Assembly (NCBI RefSeq): GCF_018350175.1
Contig: NC_058368.1
Span: forward strand, 139,812,001 to 139,876,000
Origin: Felis catus
Taxonomy: Eukaryota
Length of the DNA stretch: 64,000 bases
Reading direction: 5' to 3'
The notes under the pieces are model-generated. The model was not told where the DNA came from and made no database searches. It worked only from the letters and a program-made list of their open reading frames with translations. Made by a program: the position numbers and the translations under genes. Of this stretch, positions 40,559-52,040 are shown in pieces. Numbering within the stretch: the stretch's first letter is position 1; each line of letters opens with the position of its first letter.

Positions 40559-42859
40559 AAAACTTAATATTTGTATCTTAATATTTGACATGGAGACAAT
40601 GGTTGGTTAAGAAACAAGGCTCTGTGGCCAAACAGTCAAAGTCTGAATTCTGTCACTGATTGTGTCCACAGGCAACTCACTCACTCTCCAAACCTCAGTT
40701 TCCTCATTTATAGAATGAGGAGGGCAGTGCCAAGTGCCTAATGATATCCTTTCACTTTCCATTCAGATGAAGAGGAAAGTTAAAAGAGAACATTTACTAA
40801 AGAGTTTAAAAATCCAACTAAAACCCCTCAACTATTCCAACAGTGAGTCAGAAAAAGAAAAAAGGGTCACCTATTGTTCAAACTCGTGAACTGCAATATA
40901 CGTGCTCATATAACTGCCTAATTGTTATTTCTTGAAAAGTGCTTACCACCAGGAAATTCTGGTATTTTATTTAACATACTGAGGATGTCTGCAGAAAGGA
41001 AAGAATTTTACAGATGAAGGTGTTATTTTAGTAGGATGGTAATCTTTCTTTTTCCAGTTGTCTGTTTCCCAGTTCTCTGCAGTTTGTTCTCTGTTATACA
41101 CCTCCTTTTAGCTACTGGAAATACCAAGAAGATTGGGAAAAAGTTTTGAATGTTCATAGGAAGCCTCTGTGATTAAAATGAAAAGAAAGATAACCAGGCC
41201 TGGATCATAGGTCTCTCCTTTCCCAGTCCCAACAATGATGGGTTCGCATTAGATAAGTTACCCAACTAATATACTTGTTCCTAGTTTTGTTTATTATGGT
41301 TCTTTTCAAAAACAAGAGGACACATTTGAGGGGAATCTGAATCTGAGTATTATAATTACATAAGCAAGGAAGAAAACTAGCAGTATACTTACAGACTGAT
41401 TTGCTTCTGATTTTCCTCTCCTCCAACCCTAAAGGCTATATTTATGTGAACAAAATTGAATGCGTATCTGTTTATCAAGGAGGATGTAGTTGCAAGGGCT
41501 GTCTACACTATATTGTGTTTTCAGGTTGCAAAGACTTCAAAATTATCTCAGGTGACCAGACTGTTTCACAAAGTAACAAAAAAGGTGGTAAGCATACTCA
41601 TTCATTCAGTTCTTCCCATATATATCCAGGTTTATATATAAATGCAAATGTACAAATGGTGTAGTCATATTTGAAGGGAATTTTGAAAAATCTAGCTCTG
41701 TGGGTTATCTGAATATGCAACATGAATGACAAACCAGAAATTTAAATAGACACTCACTGTGTTTACTTAAATGAGATCATCTGTATAGGATCACACTTCA
41801 AAATGTGTAATCATGAAAAATAAACACAGCTGAACATAAGTCAGAGTTGAATTTTAGTGTCTTATTTCTAAGTCAAAACTCCCTCACACATTCAAAATTT
41901 TCTTAACAGCTATATTTTTTTTCACCTCTTTGAATCAAGAGCAGACATAATAGCAGATCTCAACATATTTTTCCCCACAGTCAGTAGCTTCCACAAGGCA
42001 GAAATTCAAGTCAGCTGGAATATTCAAGATGACCAATTGTCTGGCTGACTGAATGCCTCCCTTAGCTACAGAGCGCTGTCCAGGGTAATGGCACCTTCGG
42101 ATGGGGAACTATACAACATAAAACCTATTCTGCGATCTTCTGTCCTCTCAGGAAAACGGTAAGGGCCAGGGAGGAGGAGGACACAAGCAAATCAGAATCC
42201 TCTCAGGAACTTTATCATACTAGACATGCCTTTGTGCCTAAGCCAAGCCAGAGTAGGGAAGAAGGACATAGTGTTTTTAAAAAGCCCTATAGAAGTAAGT
42301 CCAGTTGTATCCCTACTCCCCTCACTATGGAGAATCACTCTTTGAGTAACACAGGTTTAATAAGAAGAAGGTGAGGAGTCAGAACCCTGATGTACTTTGT
42401 GTTAACTCTTCTATATTAATTAGCTTGATCAATTCCCCTTCAGGCAAGTTCTCACACAAATATCCCATCCCCATTCAGTAGTTCCACACTGTATGTACTT
42501 CTCTTAAAAGTAGCTAAGTGACTCTAGGAGAAATTATTCAAGGAGACTTGAATTAAAAATGAGAACCTAATCCAATCAAGATGGAGTAGCTACAGAGTAG
42601 TGTTAATGATATATGTGCATCGAGGAAAAGGGAAAGGTATAACTGAATACAAAATATACAAAAGAGCCAGTAATCTTCTAAGCCCTTGAAAAATACCCAG
42701 GAGAGTTCCCTTCAAAATAGATTAAAAAGCCTGTCATCTTCTCTTTTTCAAATCTATTTTTCCTGAATAGTTCTTGAAAAAACGTGAAATGACAAAGTTA
42801 TTTTTAATTTTCACTACTATAATAGAAGTTTCAGCTATTATTTTCATTATAAATTGTTT

Positions 42860-43073
42860 AAAAAAACTTTTTTAATGTTTATTTTGAGAGAAAGAGAGAG
42901 ACAGAATGCAAGTGGAGGAGGGACAGAGAGAGAGGGAGACACAGAATCGGAGGCAGCCTCCAGGCTCTGGGCTGTCAGCACAGAGACCAACGTGGGGTTC
43001 AAACTCATGAACTGTGAGATCATGACCTGAGCCGAAGTTGGATGCTCAACTAACTGAGCCACCCAGGGGCCCC
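42860..43073 (-). mobile_element. Can-SINE
   Basis: TSD TTCATTATAAATTGTTT. Confidence 0.92.
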
Positions 43074-43246
43074 TTCATTATAAATTGTTTTAGCCACTTT
43101 GTATATTAAATATTTTCTGTGGCTTGGCCTAAATACCATACAGACTCTTCCTCCATGGGCAAACATGTTCTAAGTTAAAAATATCCAATATACAGTCAGG
43201 TTTTCAGCTCTTTTCCCACTCGGGCACCTGCATTAACTGTACTAAC

Positions 43247-43521
43247 CATTTCTTCTGGTCCAGCAGTGGCTGCAGATCCAGCACCCAGAGTTGAGGTAAC
43301 AGGAAGGTGAGCAGAGGAAGCAGAAGCAGCCCCGACAGAAGTGATGGAAGCAGCAGAGGGAAATGTGGCAGCACAGGCTGCTCCCACGGCGGCTGCTGGT
43401 GGGGATGGTGGCGGCACAATCAGTGAGGGCATCGGAGGGGCCAAAGGATCCAAATGAGCAGAATGTTCTTTTCCTTGAACGCCAGGACCATACTCTTCTT
43501 TTTTATTTGTGAAGTCTGTCC
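43247..43521 (-). CDS. POC5: POC5 exon, Ala/Pro/Ser-rich ([13 protein letters not shown]...[11 protein letters not shown])
   Basis: gatag| acceptor, |gttagt donor, 275 bp, phase 1/0. Confidence 0.9.
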
Positions 43522-43989
43522 CTATCAGTCACAAATTAATTCCATTAAACTTCTTACAAGTTAAGATGACCTTTATGCCCCCAACAATGAAAATACATAG
43601 TAGCTAAAACTTAGTTCTAGAGAAGATGTAGAAATTTGTCATGTATTGCATACAATGTTTAACTAACACAGTTTATCATTATTAACTGGTTCGTGTCAGC
43701 ATTAACCACTCAAGACTTCAGACCATTTCCTTCAATATGTGAAAGCTCAAGATTTGCTTTTATGTCAAAGATAAAAATATGTACTCTGCTATGATGTCAG
43801 CTGAGTAAAGTATATTGCCAAAACAGCCATCATAATAATATGTGACCATATTAATGTCCTTCTGCATTATTTCATACAACTGTCCTGATAAATGGCCTCC
43901 TATTTAGATCTTCAGAATTGTTTTCTGATAACACTATACCCTTTTATTTCCATTTATTGCTACTATCCAAACAAAATCAATGTATTTTA

Positions 43990-44150
43990 TTTTTTTTTAA
44001 GTTTATTTATTTATTTGGAGAGAGAGAATCCCAAGCAGGCTCTGCACGGTCAGTGTGGAGCCCCATGTGGGGCTCAAACTCACAGACTGTGAGATCATGA
44101 CCTGAGCCGAAACCAAGAGTCAGTCGCTCAACCAGAGCTACCCAGGTACC
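43990..44150 (-). mobile_element. Can-SINE
   Basis: Reverse SINE body. Confidence 0.82.
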
Positions 44151-44345
44151 CTAAAATTCAATGCTTTAAATTTGATTTTTCAGCAAAAAATAATAAATCA
44201 ATAAGTAACACTAAAATTTTTACTTTTAACATTGTAAACAAAATTGATTCTTCCCAAGATATTTATATAAATCATGAGTTAAAAATATATTTGTACACTT
44301 AACTAATTTTACTGATATTCTACACAATGATTTCTCAAAAATGAT

Positions 44346-44570
44346 GGGGCGCCTGGGTGGCTCGGTCGGTTAAGTGTCCGACTTCGGCTCAGGTCATGAT
44401 CTCACGATCCGTGAGTTCGAGTCCCGTGTCGGGCTCTGTGCTGACAGCTCAGATCCTGGAGCCTGTTTCAGATTCTGTGTCTCCCTCTCTCTCTGCCCCT
44501 CCCCTGTTCATGCTCTGTCTCTCTCTGTCTCAAAAATAAATGTTAAAAAAAAAAAATTAAAAAAAAAAAA
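44346..44570 (+). mobile_element. Can-SINE
   Basis: Complete head, (CT)n, long A tail. Confidence 0.92.
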
Positions 44571-44796
44571 ATGAACCTTACCCTTAGATCAAAGGAGTGA
44601 GTAACATCAGCTTCCAGAAGCTAGGGCAAAGGGTTTCTTCAAATGTTATATTTTTCTCCCCAGTATTAGAATTTAGTTAACATTTCCAGTAAAGACTGTA
44701 TGTATGTGGCATCTAACACCAGGGTTGAGGGTTTGGAAATTCATTCACTGAGACAATTGAGAATGTGTGAACACAGGGCATTATAGACGCCCATGT

Positions 44797-45285
44797 GTTT
44801 TTTGTTTGTTTGTTTTTTAATGTTTTAGAGAGAGAGAGACAGAGCTTGAGCCGGGGAGGGCAGAGAGAGAAGGAGACAGAATCAGAAGCAGGCTTCAGGC
44901 TCTGAGCTGTCACCACAGAGTCAGACGTGGGGCTTAAACCCAGGAACCATGAGATCATGACCTGAGCCAAATCTGTACACTCAACTGACTGAGCCATCAA
45001 GGTGCCCCTGCCTTTTTTTTTTTTTTTTGAAAGAGAGAGAGAGTCAGGGAGGGACAGAGACAGGGAGAGAGAATCCCAAGGAGGCTCTGCACTGTCAGAA
45101 CAGAGCCCTACACAGGGCTTGAACCCACGAACCATGAAATCATGACATGAGCCAAATAACTGACTGAGCCACCCAAGCGCCCGATGTGGGGTTCCAACTC
45201 ACAAACTGTGAGACCATGACCCGAGCTGAAGTCGGACGCCTAGCCACTCAGGCGTCTGAGCCACTCAGAATGAGCCACTCAGACT
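44797..45285 (-). mobile_element. Cluster of three tandem Can-SINE units
   Basis: Units at ~44797-45008, ~45013-45183 and ~45184-45285. Confidence 0.82.
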
Positions 45286-45979
45286 CTAAACCTCTAGACC
45301 CCTATGTTTAAACGGTTTTCGATGTCCACTTTCCATCCAGAGACTTCTCTGTGTAAGTCCTTCTCTTAGGCTATCTTTATATAAAACAAAGTAATAGCAC
45401 CTCATTAACTAAGTTTAATTAGGATTCTAAGGGACATGTCCTTTGAAATCCTCTGATGAGAGAGACTAACTCAGTGTAAAAGCACCACTTTGTTTTAAAA
45501 ACAAAACATAGTTTTAACATGTTTTTGACAGTAAGTAATTCAGACTGTGTCTTTTTAGGTGGGTGGAAGACTTCTCATCTGTGGAGCCAGTACAAAGGTC
45601 AGGTCTCACAATGAGATTCCCTGGAATAGAGGTAGCTGACTAACTTGTTAATGTGGGCTGAGTTATGCAGTTCCATTTTAGTCAATCGCTGTAAGTTTAA
45701 TAATTATTGTCGCTTTAACTGGGATAAGTTTTTTCATCTGTAAAGGATTTTTTTCCTGTTCCCAAAATTGCTTTAATGTTTGGCCGGTATCATTTTAAAG
45801 GTCATTTTTGCTGTCATATTTTGCCTTCTTCATAAAACTTCTAATTTCCAACCTTTAAGATATAGGATACTGCACAGCATGAGATGCACTTAGATCATGG
45901 ACAGCAGAGTCAGGAGACATAAAAAAAAAAACAGTATTTTGCTATGACAAGATAGGTATGTCAGGAATACTGCATTATT

Positions 45980-46182
45980 TTCTTTAATGTTTACTTATTT
46001 TGAGAGACAGAGGGTGCACACGGGCGGGGTAGGGACAGAGAGAGTGGGGAAGAGAGAGGATCCCAAGCAGGCTCCATGCTCAGCGTGGAGCTGATGCGGG
46101 AATCGATCCCAGGCCCGTGGGATCATGACCTGAGCTGAAATCAAGAGTTGTATACTCAACTGACTGAGCGACCCAGATGCCT
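45980..46182 (-). mobile_element. Can-SINE
   Basis: TSD core TGCATTAT. Confidence 0.85.
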
Positions 46183-46711
46183 CAAGAACAATGCATTATA
46201 AACAACAGTTGTTTTAGGGGAAGAAATGGGGCCAAAAGTATTTTTTTCCCTAGTGAGAATTAAAAATTTTTTAAACCTGTTAAAAAAATGCCAGAAAATT
46301 ACACATCACAGAGCAAATCCAGCATGAGGTTACTTCTGCCTTTGGGAGCTCCACCAACACTATTGCTAGTGTATATCTCACTATTCCTGTCAATTATATC
46401 CCCCATTGTGATGATCAACAAAGCACCAGGCCACTCAAAACAGTTGAGATCCCAGAACTTGGCATTAGTTGTGGATAAAAGGAGATTTAAAAGCAACAGG
46501 GGCAAAACAAATCATGTTGTGTAATTATCAGAATACATTTTCTCCAAATCCTGTTGTGGATATTTGCCTGTAGGAGACAAAGCTATATTTGAATTTAAAA
46601 TTTAAGATGGTAAATTTATTAAAGGTGGTAAAACACTGTCCTAGTCAATTCATAACCTGCTTACATAGGTTATGAGAAAGAGGTCTCTTATAATTGAATG
46701 TAGGAAGTTCT

Positions 46712-46933
46712 TACTTTTTTTTCATTTTTTAAAAATGTTTATTATTTTCAGAGACAAAGAGAGACAGAGCATGAGTGGGGGAGGGGCAGAGAGAGGAGAC
46801 ACAGAATCCGAAGTGGGCTCCAGGCTCTGAGCTGTCAGCACAGAGCCTGATGTGGGGCTTGAACTCATAAACGGCGAGATCATGACATGCATTGAAGTTG
46901 GATGCTTCACCGACTGAGCCACCCAGGTGCCCC
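46712..46933 (-). mobile_element. Can-SINE
   Basis: TSD TGAATGTAGGAAGTTCT. Confidence 0.92.
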
Positions 46934-47819
46934 TGAATGTAGGAAGTTCTAATGATAAAATTTGTCACTTGTGAAACCTAGGATCTGTTATAAGTAGGTA
47001 ATTAAATTCTTCAATTTAATACATACAACTTACTAATAATGACAACTGGTGGTGGTGATGAGTTTGTTTGAATTGAAAGACCATACTGGAAAAATCAAGA
47101 ATTCCTTTGGATATTAGCAAGATAAACTAGTCAGCCTTGAGATTCTAGAATTCTAAGTTTTGAACCTGCATGTGGGCCACACACACCAGGACTGCTTCAG
47201 AAAAAAGTTATCTGCCTTAACTTCCTAGCATCCACAACATGAACAATTTGAATAATAAATGTTTGATGATGCCTTAAGGTTATGGTTATGACAGCCATAG
47301 AAAAGTTATTCAATGGACTGGAATATTAATGGTGTTACAAAATGAAACTATCTCATAAAGTGTGAGTCTCAAATAGGATTTAATGTGAGGAAATACTGCA
47401 AAAAATGTTCATGTACTTACATAAAACAGGCTGACTTCAGACTGCAATAATTATGCCATTACTTATCATCTTACATGTCAAAGTATTTTTTGTCTTTTAA
47501 AGAGCTTTCAATTACATTTCACTGCATTTCCTCAAGAATCCTTTGTGAACAGGTAGGGAAGATTTATATTATCTTCTTTGTTCAGAGAAGAAAACTAAAA
47601 CCCAATAAGGAAAATAGGCCTCAGTGCACATTGGTGACAAAGGATTCGTGTGATTTGCTTTTCTAAGCCATGCTGAAAAACAATGACACAATCCACACGG
47701 ATTCCAGCCAACACATGGACTTTTCTTAAAATAAAATTATTTTACTTGACTTCTGTAGATAGGCCTGTATTTATATTTCAGTTTCAGTTGAGGCATCTCT
47801 TAAATTGAAGACAAGCAAT

Positions 47820-48061
47820 TTAAAAAAAATTTGTTTTAATGTTTATTTTTGAGAGACAGAGAGAGACAGACAGACAGGCAGAGACAGCATGAGCATGAGC
47901 ATGAGCAGGGAAGGGGCAGAGACAGAGACACAGAATCCAAAGCAGGCTCCAGGCTCTGAGCAGTCAGCACAAAGTCCGATGGGGGCTCGAACTCACAAGC
48001 CATGAGATCGTGACCTGAGCTGAAGTCAGACACTCAACCTCCTAAGCCACTCAGGCACCCC
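47820..48061 (-). mobile_element. Can-SINE
   Basis: TSD AAGACAAGCAAT. Confidence 0.9.
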
Positions 48062-48379
48062 AAAGACAAGCAATATTTAAAATGGGACACCATGACTGGA
48101 TAAATATTTCATCAATAAAATAGTCCAAAGAATTTGGCTATTTGATCAACAAATACAAATTTTGTACTTAAAGGTACTGCAATTATTAGTTAAAAGAGCC
48201 TTAAAATAATGTTACATTCATTACATTTGAAAGTTATACATTCAAAACATTTTAACATTGACCCTAAACACTTAAGAGTTGACTGTTTACTTGATCATAT
48301 CTAAGATACCATAAGTAGCCAAGACTAAGTGATTTTTATGGCAGATTATGATACCATGAAGTTAAAACTACCCATACCT

Positions 48380-48630
48380 GGGGGCACCTGGGTGGCTCAG
48401 TCGGTTAAGTGTCCGACTCTTGATTTCGGCTCAGGTCATAATGTCAAAGTTCATGAGTTCGAGCCCCACATGGGGCTCCACGCTGACCGTGCAGAGCCTG
48501 CTTGGGATTCTCTCTCTCTCTGCCCCTACCCCACTCAGGCTCACTATCTCTCTCTCTCTCTCTCTCTCTCAAAATAAATAAACTTTAAAAAATTTATTTA
48601 AAAAATCTAAAAAAATAAAAATTACAAAAA
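48380..48630 (+). mobile_element. Can-SINE
   Basis: Head, (CT)n, A-rich tail. Confidence 0.9.
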
Positions 48631-48746
48631 ATACCAGTACCTGGTCAAGGCCTATTCTTTGCAGAAAATTAGTATTACAGACCACACCAATCACTGAAAT
48701 ATCCTCAAATCCTTTTCAAAGTATACAGAGAACCTTAAATACTAAC

Positions 48747-48900
48747 CTGTATCGCCTTTGTTTTGAAATATAGTCATAGCTTCGAGATTTAAGGCACACA
48801 CCCCCCTCATGAAAGCTTTCTTCATGGAATCTTCAAAATGCTCTTTTTCATGCTGCATTCTTTGGATCTCAGCTTTTGCATTTTCCAAAGCTCCAGATAA
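48747..48900 (-). CDS. POC5: POC5 exon ([51 protein letters not shown])
   Basis: aattag| acceptor, |gttagt donor, 154 bp, phase 0/1, [14 protein letters not shown] signature. Confidence 0.93.
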
Positions 48901-48994
48901 CTAATTAAGGGGAAATTTTAAAAAGAAGAAAAAGGTTTGAGATACAAGGAAGGATATTATTTACTGTTCAAAAAACAGCCTTATACTGTGAAGT

Positions 48995-50148
48995 GTTTGT
49001 TGTTTTTTTTTTTTTTTTTTTTACAAAAGAGTAAGCTATGTTTATTTAAAGTCACAAGCAGTTGACGGACTCCGTATGATTCAGACTACAAGGAAACCAT
49101 TCTACTTCATTCCATTCTGAGTCCTAGGGGGGCCCAGACTGGCAGGAGTGCTGCTTGGGGCCCGCTGACAGGTTTAAAGGTTTCTCACTGACGGCAATCT
49201 GTGACTGTGAGATTGGCCAGGCAGGTCACCATTAGCAGGTCACTGATGTTGCTGTTGAGCATGGTCTCAAAGTTATCAGGAACTATCTTGGGTACCTGGT
49301 TAACCAGATTCATTAAGAAGCGGCCCACAGTATCGTCAGCTGACGGCTTTCCACACAGCACGTCCTCTGCATACCACAACACTGTGCTCAGGGCATCCTA
49401 GATGCCAGCCGATGCCCCTCCTACTTGCTGCAAGTTGCTTGAGAGTCTGGTCACTGGGTTGGGGCTACAACAGGTCTTCGTGATCTGGTCAACTGCGATG
49501 TGTTCGGTGTCAGAATATGCATAGTTCACTGTCAGAGGTGTGGACATCCCCCTAGGGACACCCATTAAAGTGCCGACATAGGTAGCCATTCCTGAGGTGA
49601 ATGGGGTTGGGGGCTTCAGGGCTGTAGTATTCCTGAATCGGCACAGAATTCTCTATGAAGTCACGGCCTGTGGCGTACCAGCCCAGGAAGAGCTCATCTG
49701 GAGAGACTTTCTTGGTAATTCACACATGTGCTTAGTGAATGCCATGTCAACAGCCACCTCATCTTCTGACTCACTGTGCAGCACTAAAAGGCAGTTTGTG
49801 ACTTCCACTGAATGCTAGTCAACAGGTCCCAGCAGGGTCCCAATAACTTGGGCAGCACCTTCACTGAGTGTCTTGTGGCTGTCCGCAACAGAGGCCAAAT
49901 GACCAGGTGGAGCCCGACCGCACGGCTGCTGGGGCGGGGGCCTGAGAGGGCAGGACCAGGCAGTGACCACACTGGGTCTGTGCTGGGGTGTGGCCCAGAG
50001 CCTGTGGTCCTAGCCAATGCAGCTGCCAGGTATGAGGAGGAGGCTGGAGCTGGTGTTGGAGCCAGAAGCGGCGCTGAGGCTGTGGGGCTGGGGCTGGGGC
50101 GGGGGCGGGGGCTGGGGCTGGCGCTGCCGGTGTGGCCATCTTGTTGAG
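48995..50148 (-). pseudogene. EIF3F: EIF3F processed pseudogene
   Basis: Intronless. ATG at 50139 (MATPAAPAP...), eIF3f-like segments ([49 protein letters not shown]), frameshifts, stops and deletions. AATAAA at 49046-49041, poly(A) at ~48995-49022, TSD CTGTGAAGT at 48986-48994 and 50149-50157. Confidence 0.92.
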
Positions 50149-51209
50149 CTGTGAAGTCACTTTTGTGTCAAACACTAAAAAGACTTTACCGCACACCTCT
50201 TCCGCTATGCATCTCAATTTATTTTAAAAGGTGCATCTTATCTCATTCCTAACTGTAAGATGGAGGTTCAAACAAGGAAAATTTCATACTAGTCCCACCA
50301 AAGGGTGCTGACGTGTTTTACTTATAAAGATATGTCATTTCTTACCATAAAACATTCATGCAGAATAATACCCAAAATACATGAAGAGCCACAAGCTCTC
50401 ACCTCTTCAGAAAAAAATACCTAAATGCAATATTAACAGAATTTCCACCTTTCCTTCCTTCCTTTCTCTAAATGTCATTTAGAGAACTTAAAGTGCAAAG
50501 TGACATTAGGTAAAACACTCTTTCCCACCGACCAAATCTGAAGGGACTGCATTTTTTTTTTTGTATGTCATTTTGAATTGCAGAAAATTATTGGTACAAT
50601 GACACTTATTTTTAATGTTAAGAACTTAGTACTATGATGACGAAAAAAGGTTTTTCTGTGACTATGTGATTTCAAGAGGCCTACTGCATTCTTCACTATG
50701 GATTAACTTCATTTTGGGTCTCAAATATTTTCCCTTGGAAACGATGTTTATTTTATAAATAAAAGTCAACGGGAAAATAACTTCAGTTTATATACAACGG
50801 CTTTATATCAACCTTATAGGAACACAATTTGCTTAAATTAGCACAAGGATAAACATTTTTGTTTTGAGTCTTTATTTTCAGCTCAAAAAGGCCAAATGAA
50901 GAAGCCTAAGGAAGTATGTGTTCTTAGAAATGTAAGGGTCTATGGGTGATTTACGTTTCCAAGGGAAATGTACATACATGAGATCAAACACGAGTTCCTA
51001 GATCAGAGTAAATAAATCTGTAGGTCTGACTTAATAGTGTTGTTCTTTCCCAGGAGTGTCATTTGAGCCCATTTGAGTCCATTTGAGTGACACTAAATGG
51101 AACTGGAGAAACGGGTCACTCTGCCTAACTATAAACTAATAGTGAGTGATGCTATCCATCTTTTTTATTTTTACTGAAAGAAAGTGAAGGTATACACAAA
51201 AAAGTTTAC

Positions 51210-51389
51210 CGCAGCAACTCTGGTTTCATAATCGTTGGAAATCTGGACGCAAACTTCTTCTGCTCTTGCTTGACAAGCTCGTTCCACCACATCTTTCCAT
51301 TGCTTCTGTACTATGGATCGCCAGCCTTTCCAGACTTTCTTCAGTAAAGTTCTCTGGAAGTACTGGTCAGCTAGTTTGCCTTCATAGAC
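51210..51389 (-). CDS. POC5: POC5 exon ([25 protein letters not shown]...DYETRVAA)
   Basis: atttag| acceptor, |gtaaac donor, 180 bp, Sfi1-like [10 protein letters not shown] motif. Confidence 0.92.
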
Positions 51390-52040
51390 CTAAATGAAAG
51401 TAATATACAACCTCAAAAACACGGTAGGCTGGTAAATATATAGGCGATGATATTAAAAAACATAATGTAACACAGTGGTAAGCAGTGTACATGTTATCAT
51501 TTAATCCTGTGTAATCATATTTTTCTCATCTGCAGGCAGGAGAACAGGCTGAGAGAGGTTAAGGAACCGGCCCATGTCACACAGCTTTCAAAGAAAGGGA
51601 AAAACCAGCCTCGCCTCATTTCAGAACCTAACCTCCAACCCTTGTATCAATGCTTTATGCAACTAATCAAGTTAGGAGGAAAAAAATAAATAAATAAAGC
51701 GCAAATGAAAGAAAAGGAATAATCTACCATTATCAGAGTTATGAATCTGCAGGACCATTTAGCGGAAAGTAGGCCTAAGAGAAGAACAGAGAGTGGCTGC
51801 AAGACAGAAAGGGTGGTGGCTGTGATTTCAGGTGCCACTGCTCTCTCTTCAGCCTGGTGGCCACCACCAGAAGCAAGACTAATTTAATTTGCACCCTTTG
51901 CCATCATACACAGGGCCAAGCAGATCTAAATAGAAACATATACCATTCTTCCTGCATCAACTAATTTAAATTCTTTTGAAGAAATAGTTCCAATTTTCAA
52001 TTTTCTTAAATTGAAAAAGCTACTCAAAAACTGGCGGCAG

